The notes beneath the pieces were generated by a model. That model worked only from the letters and a program-made list of their open reading frames with translations. It had not been told where the DNA came from and did no database searches. The position numbers were made by a program, and so were the translations under genes. A stretch of DNA of 63,948 nt, filler included, from Raillietiella orientalis (Eukaryota): assembly GCA_036172245.1 (NCBI GenBank). It is 3 parts of 3 records of this genome, joined end to end, with 100 filler letters (N's around TTAATTAATTAA, not from the genome) between each part and the next. Parts side by side here need not be neighbours in the genome. Positions count along the whole stretch, not along the records: positions 1 to 30,988 come from JAYWIR010000204.1; positions 31,089 to 60,756 come from JAYWIR010000205.1; 1 more part is not named here. One strand, given 5' to 3'. The first letter of the stretch is position 1. Every line of letters begins with the position of its first letter. Below, piece by piece: positions 24,768 through 37,000 of this stretch.

Positions 24768-24985
24768 CTGCAGTTCGACGCTGTCGTCAAACAGCCAGCT
24801 CTCTTCCTATCTTTCCCCATAATAAAAGACTTCAAACATTACTGCAAACATTTACGAAAAATAGAAACGACAGCATCAGCAACAACGAAGTGCGCATAAG
24901 TGTTACGAGAACCAATGCAGAAGTCTTTTATTGAGGGGAAAGATAGGAAGAGAACTGGCTGTTTGACGACAGCGTCGAACTCCAG
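24768..24985. repeat. Fold-back element: 66-bp inverted arms with an 86-bp loop
   Basis: 24768-24833 is the reverse complement of 24920-24985 with 4 mismatches. Confidence 0.9.
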
Positions 24986-26399
24986 CCACGTCTCAATGAG
25001 GACAGATGGTGCTCAACCGAATCGAAGAGTTTACTGATCGGCATTGCGTGAGTGGCGTGCGGAAACCTTTTTCTTATAGCTGTGTCTACTGCTCAACCTA
25101 CTTCTCTTGTGTACATTTTTTCTCGCATGCTTTCTTTCGAGTGTAAGGAAATTTTTTGTAGCCATTTTACGTCATCGGGAAGCTTTGTACTCCATGTGTC
25201 CTTTCAAACGCTAAAGTGTCACCGAATCCTTTTTCTTTCAGACTGTGCTGTTGAGCTATGGTGCGCATCGCGCAGCATCTTCTAACAAGGGAAACATTAC
25301 GATTCCATTGGAGAGATCGCTCGCACGTGTCATTGCCGTTGTGGACAAGACTGGGCCATGTTCTTCTGTTTTCAACAACAATTATGGAAACTGTCAACTT
25401 ATGTTCACTAATTCGCGGGTTCGAGCGCCACGTGGCTCGTGTTCCCTGTCTTTCACTGTAAGCGCAGGTTTGCTATGTAGTAAAACTTAGCGGAATTTCA
25501 GCTGCCAGACTTCCAAGGAACTATGAATGTGAAATTCACTTTAAATGCATTTAACGGGGAATGCTTCCTACAGCCTACAGGAGGTGCATCTCGAAGGTTT
25601 GTTTCCATTCGATTCTTTGTGTGTGTTGAGATGCGCTGCACTCTGAACAGTAGTGTCGCTCTTTATTTTTGTTGAAGAGAAGTTTGTAGAAACGTGGATA
25701 ACGGTGGACTAATTTCAACTACATGGAACTGTCTGCTTTGTCTTCCTTGAATTAGAAGGGGTGTGTAAACGTGCATGTTTCGAGAACAGTTGTTTCCATG
25801 TGTTACTATGTTCGCAGTGGAAAAAGTTTCCTAAATATATTTGACATTCTTTTACTCTTCATTTCATCTTGTGATGTTTCAGTCACACAAGAATACAAAA
25901 ACTCACGATTATCATTAAAAAAGTTTGAATCCACGTATCCATCATGTGTGTGTTGCATCTTTTGATAACGTATTGTACTTTGTTTATGCTTCAGGCTAAC
26001 TCCTGGAACAAATCATGGAACTGTTCCCAGCAAAGTGCAGTGTAGGTGGAACCCTAACCCAAATAAGGACTTCGCAGTTATACTGTCGAGTCCAACTCCG
26101 TGAGCAAACTATTCTCTCAGGGGTTTAGAAAGGTTCGGTAACATCATTCACTGATGACAATAAAAAGTATTTCCAATTTATTTGAAACTACCTGAAGTAC
26201 ATTTTTCTTGCTTTCCAATATAAAGGACACTGAAGATCTCAAATATTCGACGTAAGCAGAACAGAAGGCACGGGAATTTAAAATTGAAATACTTTCAGAC
26301 ATTCAATCGAAGTATTAGGAATATTCTAGTCTCGGTTTTGGATCCATGTGACCGAACGCCTGTAGTCGGTATTTCATTTTCTGTTCGGACTAGCGAATG

Positions 26400-27119
26400 T
26401 GTGGATTCCAGTTGTGCAGACTCTTGTGAAAGGGAAATTCCTTCCCGCACCTCCTAATCGAGTGTGCGGCCCTCCTTCCAATGTCCAATGGAGCGTTGTC
26501 GAAAGTGTCCATTCCAGCTGGCAACAGTAACAGCATTTCACGTGGCTCCCTGCTTCAAGACGCCTTCCCAGCTGTCTCGTGTATGGCACGTTTCTGTTTC
26601 GTGCGCGGAATCCTGGACAAGTGGCCTGCGTCAGGGATCATCCGCAACATCCGGAATGCCATTCACTGGAAAGCCATTTCCATTAGAAAAATTGCCCATG
26701 ACACTGCCTTTAAACTCTAGCACCTGTACTTGTCCACGTCTTGTTCGCCTCCGTCTTGCAGAAGACCATCCGTGGCGAGCAGTGATCACTTCTCTCCACC
26801 CATCGGAGAACACCGCTCTCTTAGTTCTCTTTGTTCCCTCTTGTTTTATTTGTGGGTTCTGTCTTCAACGGCTTTATATTTAACAAGGCGTCCTGCGTCA
26901 GGTGTCCTGGATTGGGAACGATTGTGTAGGTACGCTTCATTCTTTAATGTCGAGGGGAGTAGGCCTTACAAGCACTCAAGTCGGTACACAAGTGCAAAAC
27001 AATACGGAAATGTGTTCCAACAGGAACACAAAACAATGAAAAATCAATCGACTGCAATTAAAAATTGTAATTTTGTTTTTTTAAATTGATAAAAGCCCCG
27101 GCTTATCCGGGTGAAAACA
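26400..27119 (+). mobile_element. Degenerate LINE 3' end with terminal hairpin
   Basis: FCFVRGILDKWPASG...NAIHWKAI resembles LCCIRGIVAAWNAT...NALHWTRV; ATAAAAGCCCCGGCTTATCCGGGTGAAAACA at 27089-27119. Confidence 0.75.
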
Positions 27120-28506
27120 TTCTTAAATGTTCCGCCAAACCAATATTGAGCGGATGCGTCTGCACCGCGCTACAGAGCAAAAATAGTGTCGGGGAACTTC
27201 TGTTTAGGTGTGTGTACGTGCATAGAGTTGCCTAAGTTTCATGAGAGCGAGGCCTGTGGGCAACGCGATCGAAATTAGAGTAGGGAAGGCGAATCTTCTC
27301 TTCAAGTGAAGGATGTGCAAGCGACCGTTCCTACGGAATGCACCTCATGCTATTTGAAGGAGTTCTAGCAAAAGCCACCGCCTATAAGGCAACAAACTGC
27401 ACGTGGGCAATTATACGCAAGGTAAATGGCATGTACTTGGAGACACCTTACCCGTGTTCGCCTATGAACTCCAAAGATTTGAAGTTAAGGAAGAAGACTT
27501 TTAAGGTCTTACCGTGCAGAGTGGGTGTCAGCGCATCAAGAAGAATTGCGAAGACGTAACTGTGGTATAGCGCTTGCTAAGAACGCTATGTTGCTATGCC
27601 GACGCAACTACTTCCCTGTCTCCGAAGAACGGCAAGTAGTGATCGAAATGAAAGGCATCACTGGTCAGATGAATAAAAACGCAGTAAGAAAGTAACCCCA
27701 GCATCACGGGAACTTGCGCGCGCTTTGGAGCATGTCCTACCACATTGGGGAGTACGAGAATCCTTTCAGAGTACCGTTCGCCGGGCTCGCAACCATCGAA
27801 AAAAACTCAAGGTTTTTCCAGAAGATCTAGTTGGGAAACAAGTCCGTGCATTTATGGTATGTGAAGAAGTCTGAGTAACGCGGGCACACTGATGCTACGG
27901 ATTACTTAAAAAACTGGTGCCCGAACATGCAGGGAAACCTTTGTGAAGAGAAGGGTCACAGGTCACATGCCTGGCGTTCTCCCAAAAAGAGAAGCCCAGG
28001 CTTTTCATTCCCAAACTATCAAACAGAAGTATCGCGAACAAAGTGCCGACAACGCCGGCGGAAGCCAAGACTGGCAGGTGGTAAAGACCCGAAACAACGT
28101 TCAGCGAGCCCAATAAGGGCGAAAAAACCTGGCTCAACGAGCCTGCGGATCCGGAGGATTTTTGTGGTTTCTGTCTGCGCGCGTCGGCAGAAGAGCACAC
28201 TGTAGCTCTCACCTGCGACGCATGGCCGTTGCGATTCGAAAGTACGCCTAGATCAACTGCCTCCCAGGGAACTAATTTGCATGGTTAGACGAGTCAGTCT
28301 CCTCCTGGGAAAAGATCCACGTTTCGGCGGGCACAAGGAACACTTGCATGAAAAGGCACGCCCACGGGACGCTGCAGAAGACCGTACAGTCCCACGACCA
28401 GCTTCTGTGTCCCTTGATAACCCTCTTTGCCCATGTGCTGCCCTTCCTTTTGAATACCAGAGACAGTAGCCAACAGGGTATCAAAAAACCACTCACTCAT
28501 GCTCGA
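27120..28506 (+). mobile_element. Highly degenerate LINE 5' part (ORF1)
   Basis: VHLWYVKKSE*RGHTDATDYLKNWCPNMQGNLCEEKGHRSHAW (27846-27975) aligns with VDLWYVGKPHYCGNCDAVGHVRRRCPNIECHFCGDKG. Confidence 0.65.
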
Positions 28507-30600
28507 TGTTTATCAGCCGGGTGCGCTAAAACGTTTATACAAAACTATCCGGGAACAGAGCTCCTTGACAAAGGGGAAAACAAGATACGAAAGGGATGGG
28601 ATCCCCGACACCCAGGTCGTTATGGCGAAAGTCCAGAACGGGAGGAAAAGCACCACAAATAGACTACTGTAAAAAAAAAAAAAAGAAAACTATGGAGGGC
28701 AGGGGACAGGGGTCTTTGGTGAGTCCTTTCCTTCCTTTCAAAACCGGCGATGCATGCCGGCGATCTCTCTCATTACGTCCTGTGGCAGTTAGGCCCACTC
28801 GGCAGCCAACGACATGCTTTTGGTGGCTAATCCGGTGAGCTGACGAATGATGGCAAGCTTCTCCAACTCTCGATGAGCCTTGTCGATGGCGCGGGTGCAA
28901 CACACGGCTGCAACGACATCACCCAAAGACAGGCCGCCTGGCGTGAAGAAGCGGCGCGTCAAGTCCCCCACGGTGTCCAACTGGTTCAGGAGGCATAAGG
29001 CCAGCCTCCGCCAAAGTCCTTGAAGGGCACCGCAGTCAGGGAGCAGGTGCGGGAGCGTTTCCACTTCCCCGCACCGCTTACAGTTTGGGGAGACGACTCC
29101 CCCGGAAACAACGTTCGTCCGCTGGTTGGAGTGAAAACCCCAATGCATCAGCATGACGACGTGTTGCTTCTACGAAAAAAAGAACACAGAAGTGTCCAAA
29201 CAGGAGGGAGGGATTACAAGTTCTTCGGGGGGCACACTCAAGTGTTCACTTCACCGAAGGAGTCCCTTGGAGATGTGGCGAGGCGTGGCGGCGTCTGCCA
29301 GCTCGCACGTCCTCCAGCCGCAAATAAGTCGTGTTGTTCCTGCAATGGCGCAGGCGATCCTTCATCTCGCCGGTTAGCAGCTGTCATCTCTTGCCCTGAG
29401 GTCTGACACTGCATTGACGAGGAGGTTGAGGGTCAGGCGGGTTCACTTCTCCTGGCTGCTGCGGACCTCATCCACTGGGCAATACGGGGAGAGGTGAACG
29501 CAACGGAGTTTCAAAAGGGAAACATCCTGGTGCTTTGCCCAGCCACGCTACGGTTTCTGCCGCCAGTATTATAAGTTCCTTGGGCGGCAGGAGATCCATT
29601 CCTGGGCTGCCAGGAGCCGGTAGAGCGGTTTCAAGGGGAAACCGAAGCTTCTCGTGGCGCGCTCCGTGTGCGGCCGCAGCGACAGAAGTCCATCGCTGCC
29701 TGTGCAGCGCCGCAGAAGCAGGCGCGCGGGAGCAGACCACGGAGTGGACCAAAGGTTGGCGCACAGGGCCAACATTCGAAGCTGCACCTGCGGCTCGATT
29801 CTCTCCAGCGTCCGTATGCCTAAGCCAGCATCCCGACGCGGAGCCGCCAAGTCTTTGAGGCGGATCCTGGACCTCGCAGAACCCCATAGAGAGTTCCTCA
29901 ACAGGCTGTGCGTCTGGAGCTCTGCCGAGTAAGGGGGAGGGCAAACAAAAAGCAGGGGCGCAAAAGGGGGAAACGAAGGTGTTCCATATCGTGGCACGCT
30001 CTTGCAAGACGAACCCGCCATACTGGAACGGGATTAGCGCACTCGTAGCCTTACGAAGGCAGTCCGACCACACTTCCACTGGGATGATGTTCATCCGCGG
30101 AACGCCCAGATATTGGTTGGACAAAGCGGTCGGGATCCTTAGGCGGATCCAGTCGGACTGCCCCTTCCACGCCGCACCAATAGGTACGACCACGCTCTTG
30201 CTCCTGTTAACGCTCATGCCCGCTCCCCGGCTGATCAGCTCGAAGAAATACTCGAGACTGGACGCCGGGGTGTTCATGGGTAAACGGAAAAGCAGGTCGT
30301 CAGTATAGGCCGTCAAGGAGGGCGTTCCTGGACAAGAGCACGGCAGGTTGGCCAGCGAAAGCCTGTACGCCCTCAGCACCAACTCAAAGAAGATGCTAAA
30401 GAGCAACGGGCTTAAGCTGTCGCCCTGCCTGATACTTCGTCGCACCGCCACGCCGTACACGTGGCAGCCGCTAAAAGAGATGGAAATGAGCGCGTGGCGC
30501 CAGCAAGCGCTCAAAAAGGCCACGAGGCGCACCGGGAGATCGAGGCGTTCCAGGAGCTCCAGCATGAAATCCTGATTTACGCAGTCGAACGCCTTGTGTG
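28507..30600 (-). mobile_element. LINE 3' part (RT from KAFD, zf-RVT, 3' UTR); paralogue of 5481-7541
   Basis: SIRQGDSLSPLLFSIFFE, YTDD, YLGVP, CKRCGEVETLPHLLPDC; the 3' UTR matches 7315-7541; hairpin remnant at 28507-28540. Confidence 0.92.
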
Positions 30601-30988
30601 CTCCAAGGCGGACGTGTTTTCTCGGTGCCTCTTGTGCCAGGATGTCTTCCCCAGTGCAAGCGTCGTGTGGTTCGGTGCTCGATCAGGCAGCGATGCCTGA
30701 CGCGACCACCTGGGATGGCCAGGAGGCGGCGTCAACGTGGCCCCCAGAGCCGATGGAGGTGGGGGCATCCGCCCCCACAGAATCGGTTTCCGCTGCAGCG
30801 CGGGCGTGGAACGCGGTTGCGTCTGCGCAATCGCCTGCAGCCGCGGCGGAATTGTTGGCCTATGTAGAGGAGGGGTATAACCCTTCATTGTTGTACAAGG
30901 TAGGTAATCTCTATTCCTTAGAGAGCGCGTGCGCCTTCTCGAAGGGCATGCGCGCTCTCGATGTGAAAGAGGAGGAGCTCAGCGCTAT
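30601..30988 (+). mobile_element. LINE 5' end and ORF1 start (ATG 30642), truncated by the assembly gap
   Basis: GGCGGACGTGTTTT at 30607-30620; ARAWNAVASAQSP..YNPSLLYKVGNLYSLE; paralogue of 5050-5480. Confidence 0.88.
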
Positions 30989-31088
30989 NNNNNNNNNNNN
31001 NNNNNNNNNNNNNNNNNNNNNNNNNNNNNNNNTTAATTAATTAANNNNNNNNNNNNNNNNNNNNNNNNNNNNNNNNNNNNNNNNNNNN
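30989..31088. other. Artificial contig linker
   Basis: 44 N + TTAATTAATTAA (stops in all six frames) + 44 N. Confidence 0.97.
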
Positions 31089-34000
31089 TGTCTCAGGATT
31101 CCGACCGAATTCATCGGGAAGCGGCCATGGTCGTTTACGTGCAAGTGCGGAGATTTGGACGGAAAACAACACATTGGAAATAGAAAAGATAAGGGAATTT
31201 TTGTGATGTAGAAAAGATAGAGGAATTTCTTTGATGCATTCTTAAGATTCTATTGGTATGCTGGAAGTGGAAGTAGACAGCCTCCAACCATTTTGAGGTC
31301 TCAGGATTTCGACCGAATTCTTCGGGAACCGGCCATGGTCGTTTTGGTGCAAGTGCGGAGATTTGGACGGAAAATACCACATTGGAAATAGAAAAGATAG
31401 ACGAATTTCTTTGATGCATTTTAAAGATTCTATTTCTATTCTGGAAGTGGAAGTAGATTGATTCCAACCATTTTGATGTCTCAGGATTTCTTCCGAATTC
31501 ATCGGGAACCGGCCATGGTCGATTTGGTGCAAGTGCGGAGATTTAGACGGAAAACACCACATTGGAAATAGAAAAGATAGAGGAATTTCTTTTATGCATT
31601 TTGTAGATTCTATTTCTATGCTGGAAGTGGAAGTAGACAGCTTCCAACCATTTTGAGGTCTCAGGATTTCGACCGAATTCTTCGGGAACCGGCCATGGTC
31701 GTTTTGGTGCAAGTGCGGAGATTTGGACGGAAAATACCACATTGGAAATAGAAAAGATAGAGGGATTTCTTTGATGCATTTTGAGGATTCTATTTATATG
31801 CTGAAAGTGGAAGTAGACAGCTTCCAACCATTTTGAGGTCTCAGGATTTCGACCGAATTCTTCGGGAACCGGCCATGGTCGTTTTCGTGCAAGTGCGGAG
31901 ATTTGAACGGAAAACATCACATTGGAAATAGAAAAGATAGAGGAATTTCTTTGATGCATTTTGAAGATTCTATTTCTATGCTGGAAGTGGAAGTAGACAG
32001 CTTCCAGCCATTTTCATGTTTCAGGCTTGCGACCGAATTCATCCGGAACCGGCCATGGTCGTGTTGGTGCAAGTGCGAAGATTTGGACGGAAAACACCAC
32101 ATTGGAAATAGAAAACATAGAGGAATTTTTGTGATGCATTTTGATGATTCTTTTTTTGTGCTGGAAGACGAAGTAGATTGATTCCAACCATTTTGATGTC
32201 TCAGGATTGCGACCGAATTCATCGGGAAGCGGTTATGGTCGTTTTGGTGCTAGTGCGGAGATTTGGACGGAAAACACCACATTGGAAATAGAAAAGATAG
32301 AGGAATTTTTTTGATGCATTTTGAAGATTCTATTTCTATGCTGGAAGAGGAAGTAGATTGATTCCAACCATTTTGATGTCTGAGGATTCCGACCGAATTC
32401 ATCGGGAAGCGGCCATGGTCGTTTACGTGCAAGTGCGGAGATTTGGACGGAAAACAACACATTGGAAATAGAAAACATAGAAATTTTGTGAGTAAATTTT
32501 CAAGATTCTATTTCTGTGCTAGAGTCAGTGGATTGATTCCCAACCATTTTGATGTCTAAGGATTGCGACCGAAATTATCGAGACCGGCCATGGTCATTGG
32601 GCTAAGTACGGAGATTTGGACGGAAAACACCATTGGAAATAGTATAGAAAGATAGAATTTTTTGGATGCATAATTGTAGTGTTCACATGCTGGGTGGAGA
32701 GTAGTGCTTGCAGCCATTTGATGTCTCACGATTACGACCGAATTCATCGGGAAGCAACCATGGTCGTTTTGGTGCAAGTGCGAAAGATTTAAAGGTCGTT
32801 TACGTGGAAATAGAAAAGATAGAGGAATTGTTTGTGCATTTGAAGATTCTATTTCTGTGCTGGAAGACGAAGTGGATTGATTCCAACCATTTTGATGTCT
32901 CAGGATTGCGACCGAATTAGTCGGGAAGCGACCATGGTCGTTTTGGTGCAAGTGCGGAGATTTGGACGGAAAACACCACATTGGAAATAGAAAAGATAGT
33001 TGAATTTTTTTTATGCATTTTGGGGATTCTATTTCTATGCTGGAAGAGGAAGTAGATTGATTCCAACCATTTTGATGTCTCAGGATTGCGACCGAATTCA
33101 TCGGGAAGCGGCCATGGTCGTTTACAAGCAAGTGCGGAGATTTGGACGGAAAACCCCACATTGGAAATAGAAAACATAGAGGAATTTTTGTGATGCATTT
33201 TGAAGATTCTATTTCTATGCTGGAAGTGGAAGTAGACAGCTTCCAACCATTTTGAGGTCTCAAGATTTCGACCGAATTCTTCGGGAACCGGCCATGGTCG
33301 TTTTGGTGCAAGTGCGGAGATTTGGACGGCAAATACCACATTGGAAATAGAAAAGATAGAGGAATTTCTTTGATGCATTTTGAATATTCTATTTCTATGC
33401 TGGAAGTGGAAGTAGACAGCTTCCAACCATTTTCATGTCTCAGGCATGCGACCGAATTCCTCCGGAACCGGCCATGGTCGTTTTGGTGCAAGTGCGGAGA
33501 TTTGGAAGGAAAACACCACATTGGAAATAGAAAACATAGAGGAATTTTTGTGATGCATTTTTGGAATTCTATTTCTATGCTGGAAATTGAAGTAGACAGC
33601 TTCCAGCCGGAAGGTCACTGCATGATTTTCAGGCAAATTCTTCTGAACCAACCCATGGTCGTTTTGGTGCAAGTGCGGAGATTTGGACGGAAAATACCAT
33701 TGGAAATAAAAGAATGAGAGAATTTCTTTGATGCATTTGAAGGTTCTATTTCTATGCTGGAAGTGGAAGTAGACAGCATCCAAACCATTTTCATGTCTCA
33801 GGCATGCGACCGAATTCATCCCGAACCGTCCATGGTCGTTTTGGTGCAAGTGCGGAGATTTGGAAGGAAAACACCACATTGGAAATAGAAAAGATAGAGG
33901 AATTTCTTTGATGCATTTTGAAGATTCTATTTCTATGCTGGAAGTGGAAGTAGACAGCTTCCAACCATTTTGAGGTCTCAGGATTTCGACCGAATTCTTC

Positions 34001-37000
34001 GGGAACCGGCCATGGTCGTTTTGGTGCAAGTGCGGAGATTTGGACGGAAAAAACCACATTGGAAATAGAAAAGATAGAGGAATTTCTTTGATGCATTTTG
34101 AAGATTCTATTTCTATGCTGGAAGTGGAAGTAGACAACTTCCAACCATTTTGAGGTCTCAGGATTTCGACCGAATTCTTCGGGAACCGGCCATGGTCGTT
34201 TTGGTGCAAGTGCGGAGATTTGGACGGAAAACAGCACATTGGAAATAGAAAAGCTAAAGGAATTTCTTTGATGCATTTTAAAGATTCTATTTCTCTGCTG
34301 GAAGTGGAAGTAGACAGCTTCCAACCATTCTGAGGTCTCAGGATTGCGACCGAATTCATCGTGAAGCGGCCATGGTCGTTTACATGCAAGTGCGGAGATT
34401 TGGACGGAAAACACCACATTGGAAATAGAAAAGATAGAGGAATTTTTTTGATCCACTTTGAAGATTCTATTTGGATGTAGGAAGTGGAAGTAGATTGCTT
34501 CCAACCATTTTGATGTCTCAGGATTACGACCGAATTCATCGGGAAACGGCCATGGTCATTTTGGTGCAAGTGCGGAGATTTGGACGGAAAACACCACATT
34601 GGAAATAGAAAAGATAGAGGAATTTTTTGGATGCACTTTGAAGATTGTATTTCTATGCTGGAAGTGGAAGTAGATTGATTCCAACCATTTTCAGGTCTCA
34701 GGGTTGCGACCGAATTCATCGGGAAGCGGCCATGGTCGTTTACGTGCAAGTGCGGAGATTTGGACGGAAAACACCACATTGGAAATAGAAAAGATAGAGG
34801 AATTTCTTTGATGCATTTTGAAGATTCTATTTCTATGCTGGAACTGGAAGTAGACAGCTTCCAACCATTTTGAGGTCTCAGGATTTCGACCGAATTCTTC
34901 GGGAACCGGCCATGGTCGTTTACATGCAAGTGCGGAGATTTGGACGGAAAACACCACATTGGAAATAAAAAAGATAGAGGAATTTGTTTGATGCACTTTG
35001 AAGATTCTATTTCTATGCTGGAAGACGAAGTAGATTGCTTCCAACCATTTTGATGTCTCAGGATTGCGACCGAAATCATCGGGAACCGCCCATGGTCATT
35101 TAAGTGCAAGTGCGGAGTTTTGGCGGGAAAACACCGCATTGAAAATAGAAAAAAGAGAGGAATTTTTTTGATGCACTTTGAAGATTCTATTTGGATGCAG
35201 GAAGTGAAAATAGATTGCTTCCGGCTCCATTTGTAGTCTCGGAAGTTTCGACCAGATTCTTCGGGAACCAACCATGGTCGTTTTGGTGCAAGTGCGGAGA
35301 TTTGGACAGAAAATGCCACATTGGAAATAGAAGATGGAAATTTTGCATTACATTTTTGAAGATTCTATTTCTCACGGAAGTGGAAGTAGACAGCTTCCAA
35401 CCATTTTGAGGTCTCAGGATTTCGACCGAATTCTTCGGGAACCGGCCATGGTCGTTTTGGTGCAAGTGCGGAGATTTGGACGGAAAATACCACATTGGAA
35501 ATAGAAAAGATAGACGAATTTGTTTGATGCATTTTGAAGATTCTATTTCTATGCTGAAAGTGGAAGTAGACAGCTTCCAACCATTTTGAGGTCTCAGGAT
35601 TTCGACCGAATTCTTCGGGAACCGGCCATGGTCGTTTTGGTGCAAGTGCGGAGATTTGGACGGAAAATACCACATTGGAAATAGAAAAGATAGAGGAATT
35701 TCTTTGATGCATTTTGAAGATTCTATTTCTATGCTGAAAGTGGAAGTAGACCGCTTCCAACCATTTTGAGGTCTCATGATTTCGACCGAATTCTTCGGGA
35801 ACCGGCCATGGTCGTTTTGGTGCAAGTGCGGAGATTTGGACGGAAAACACCATACAGAAATAGAAAAGATAGACGAATTTGTTTGATGCACTTTGAAGAT
35901 TCTATCTCGATGCAGGAAGTGGAAGTAGATTGATTCCACCCATTTTGAGGTCTCAGGATTTCGACCTAATTCATCGGGAACCGGCCATGGTCGTTTTGGT
36001 GCAAGTGCGGAGATTTGGACGGAAAACACCACATTGGAAATAGAAAAGATAGAGGAATTTCTTTAATGCATTTTGAAGATTCTATTTCTATGCTGAAAGT
36101 GGAAGTAGACAGCTTCCAACCATTTTGAGGTCTCACGATTTCGACCGAATTCTTCGGGAACCGGCCATGGTCGTTTTGGTGCAAGTGCGGAGATTTGGAC
36201 GGAAAATACCACATTAGAAATAGAAAAGATAGACGAATTTGTTTGATGCATTTTTGGAATTCTATTTCTATGCTGGAGGTGGAAGTAGATTGATTCCAAC
36301 CATTTTGATGTCTCGGATTCTTTCAAATTCATCGGGAACCATGCATGGTCGTTTTCGATCTGGTCTGAAATTGGACGGAAAATGTACATTGGAAATAGAA
36401 AAGATAGAGGAATTTCTTTGATGCATTTTTAAGATTCTATTTCTATGCTGGAAGTGGAAGTAGACAGCTTCCAACCATTTTCATGTCTCAGGATTGCGAC
36501 CGAATTCATCCGGAAACGGCCATGGTCGTGTTGGTGCAAGTGCGAAGATTTGGACGGAAAACACCACATTGGAAATAGAAAACATAGAGGAATTTTTGTG
36601 ATGAATTTTGATGATTCTTTTTTTGTGCTGGAAGACGAAGTAGATTGATTCCAACCATTTTGATGTCTCAGGATTGCGACCAGATTCGTAAGGAACCGAC
36701 CATGGTCGTGTTGGTGCAAGTGCGGAGATTTGGAAGGAAAACACCACATTGGAAATAGAAAAGATAGAGGAATTTCTTTGATGCATTTTTAAGATTCTAT
36801 TTCTCTGAAGTGGAAAGTGATTGCTTCCAACCAGAATTTTAGAGATCTCAAGGATTGCATTAGATTGTGGGGAAAGCAACCATGGTCGTTTACATGCAAG
36901 TGCGGAGATTTGGACTGAAAACACCACATTGGAATTAGAAAACACAGAGGAATTTGTTTGATGCACTTTGATGATTTTATCTCTATGCTGGGAGTGGAAG

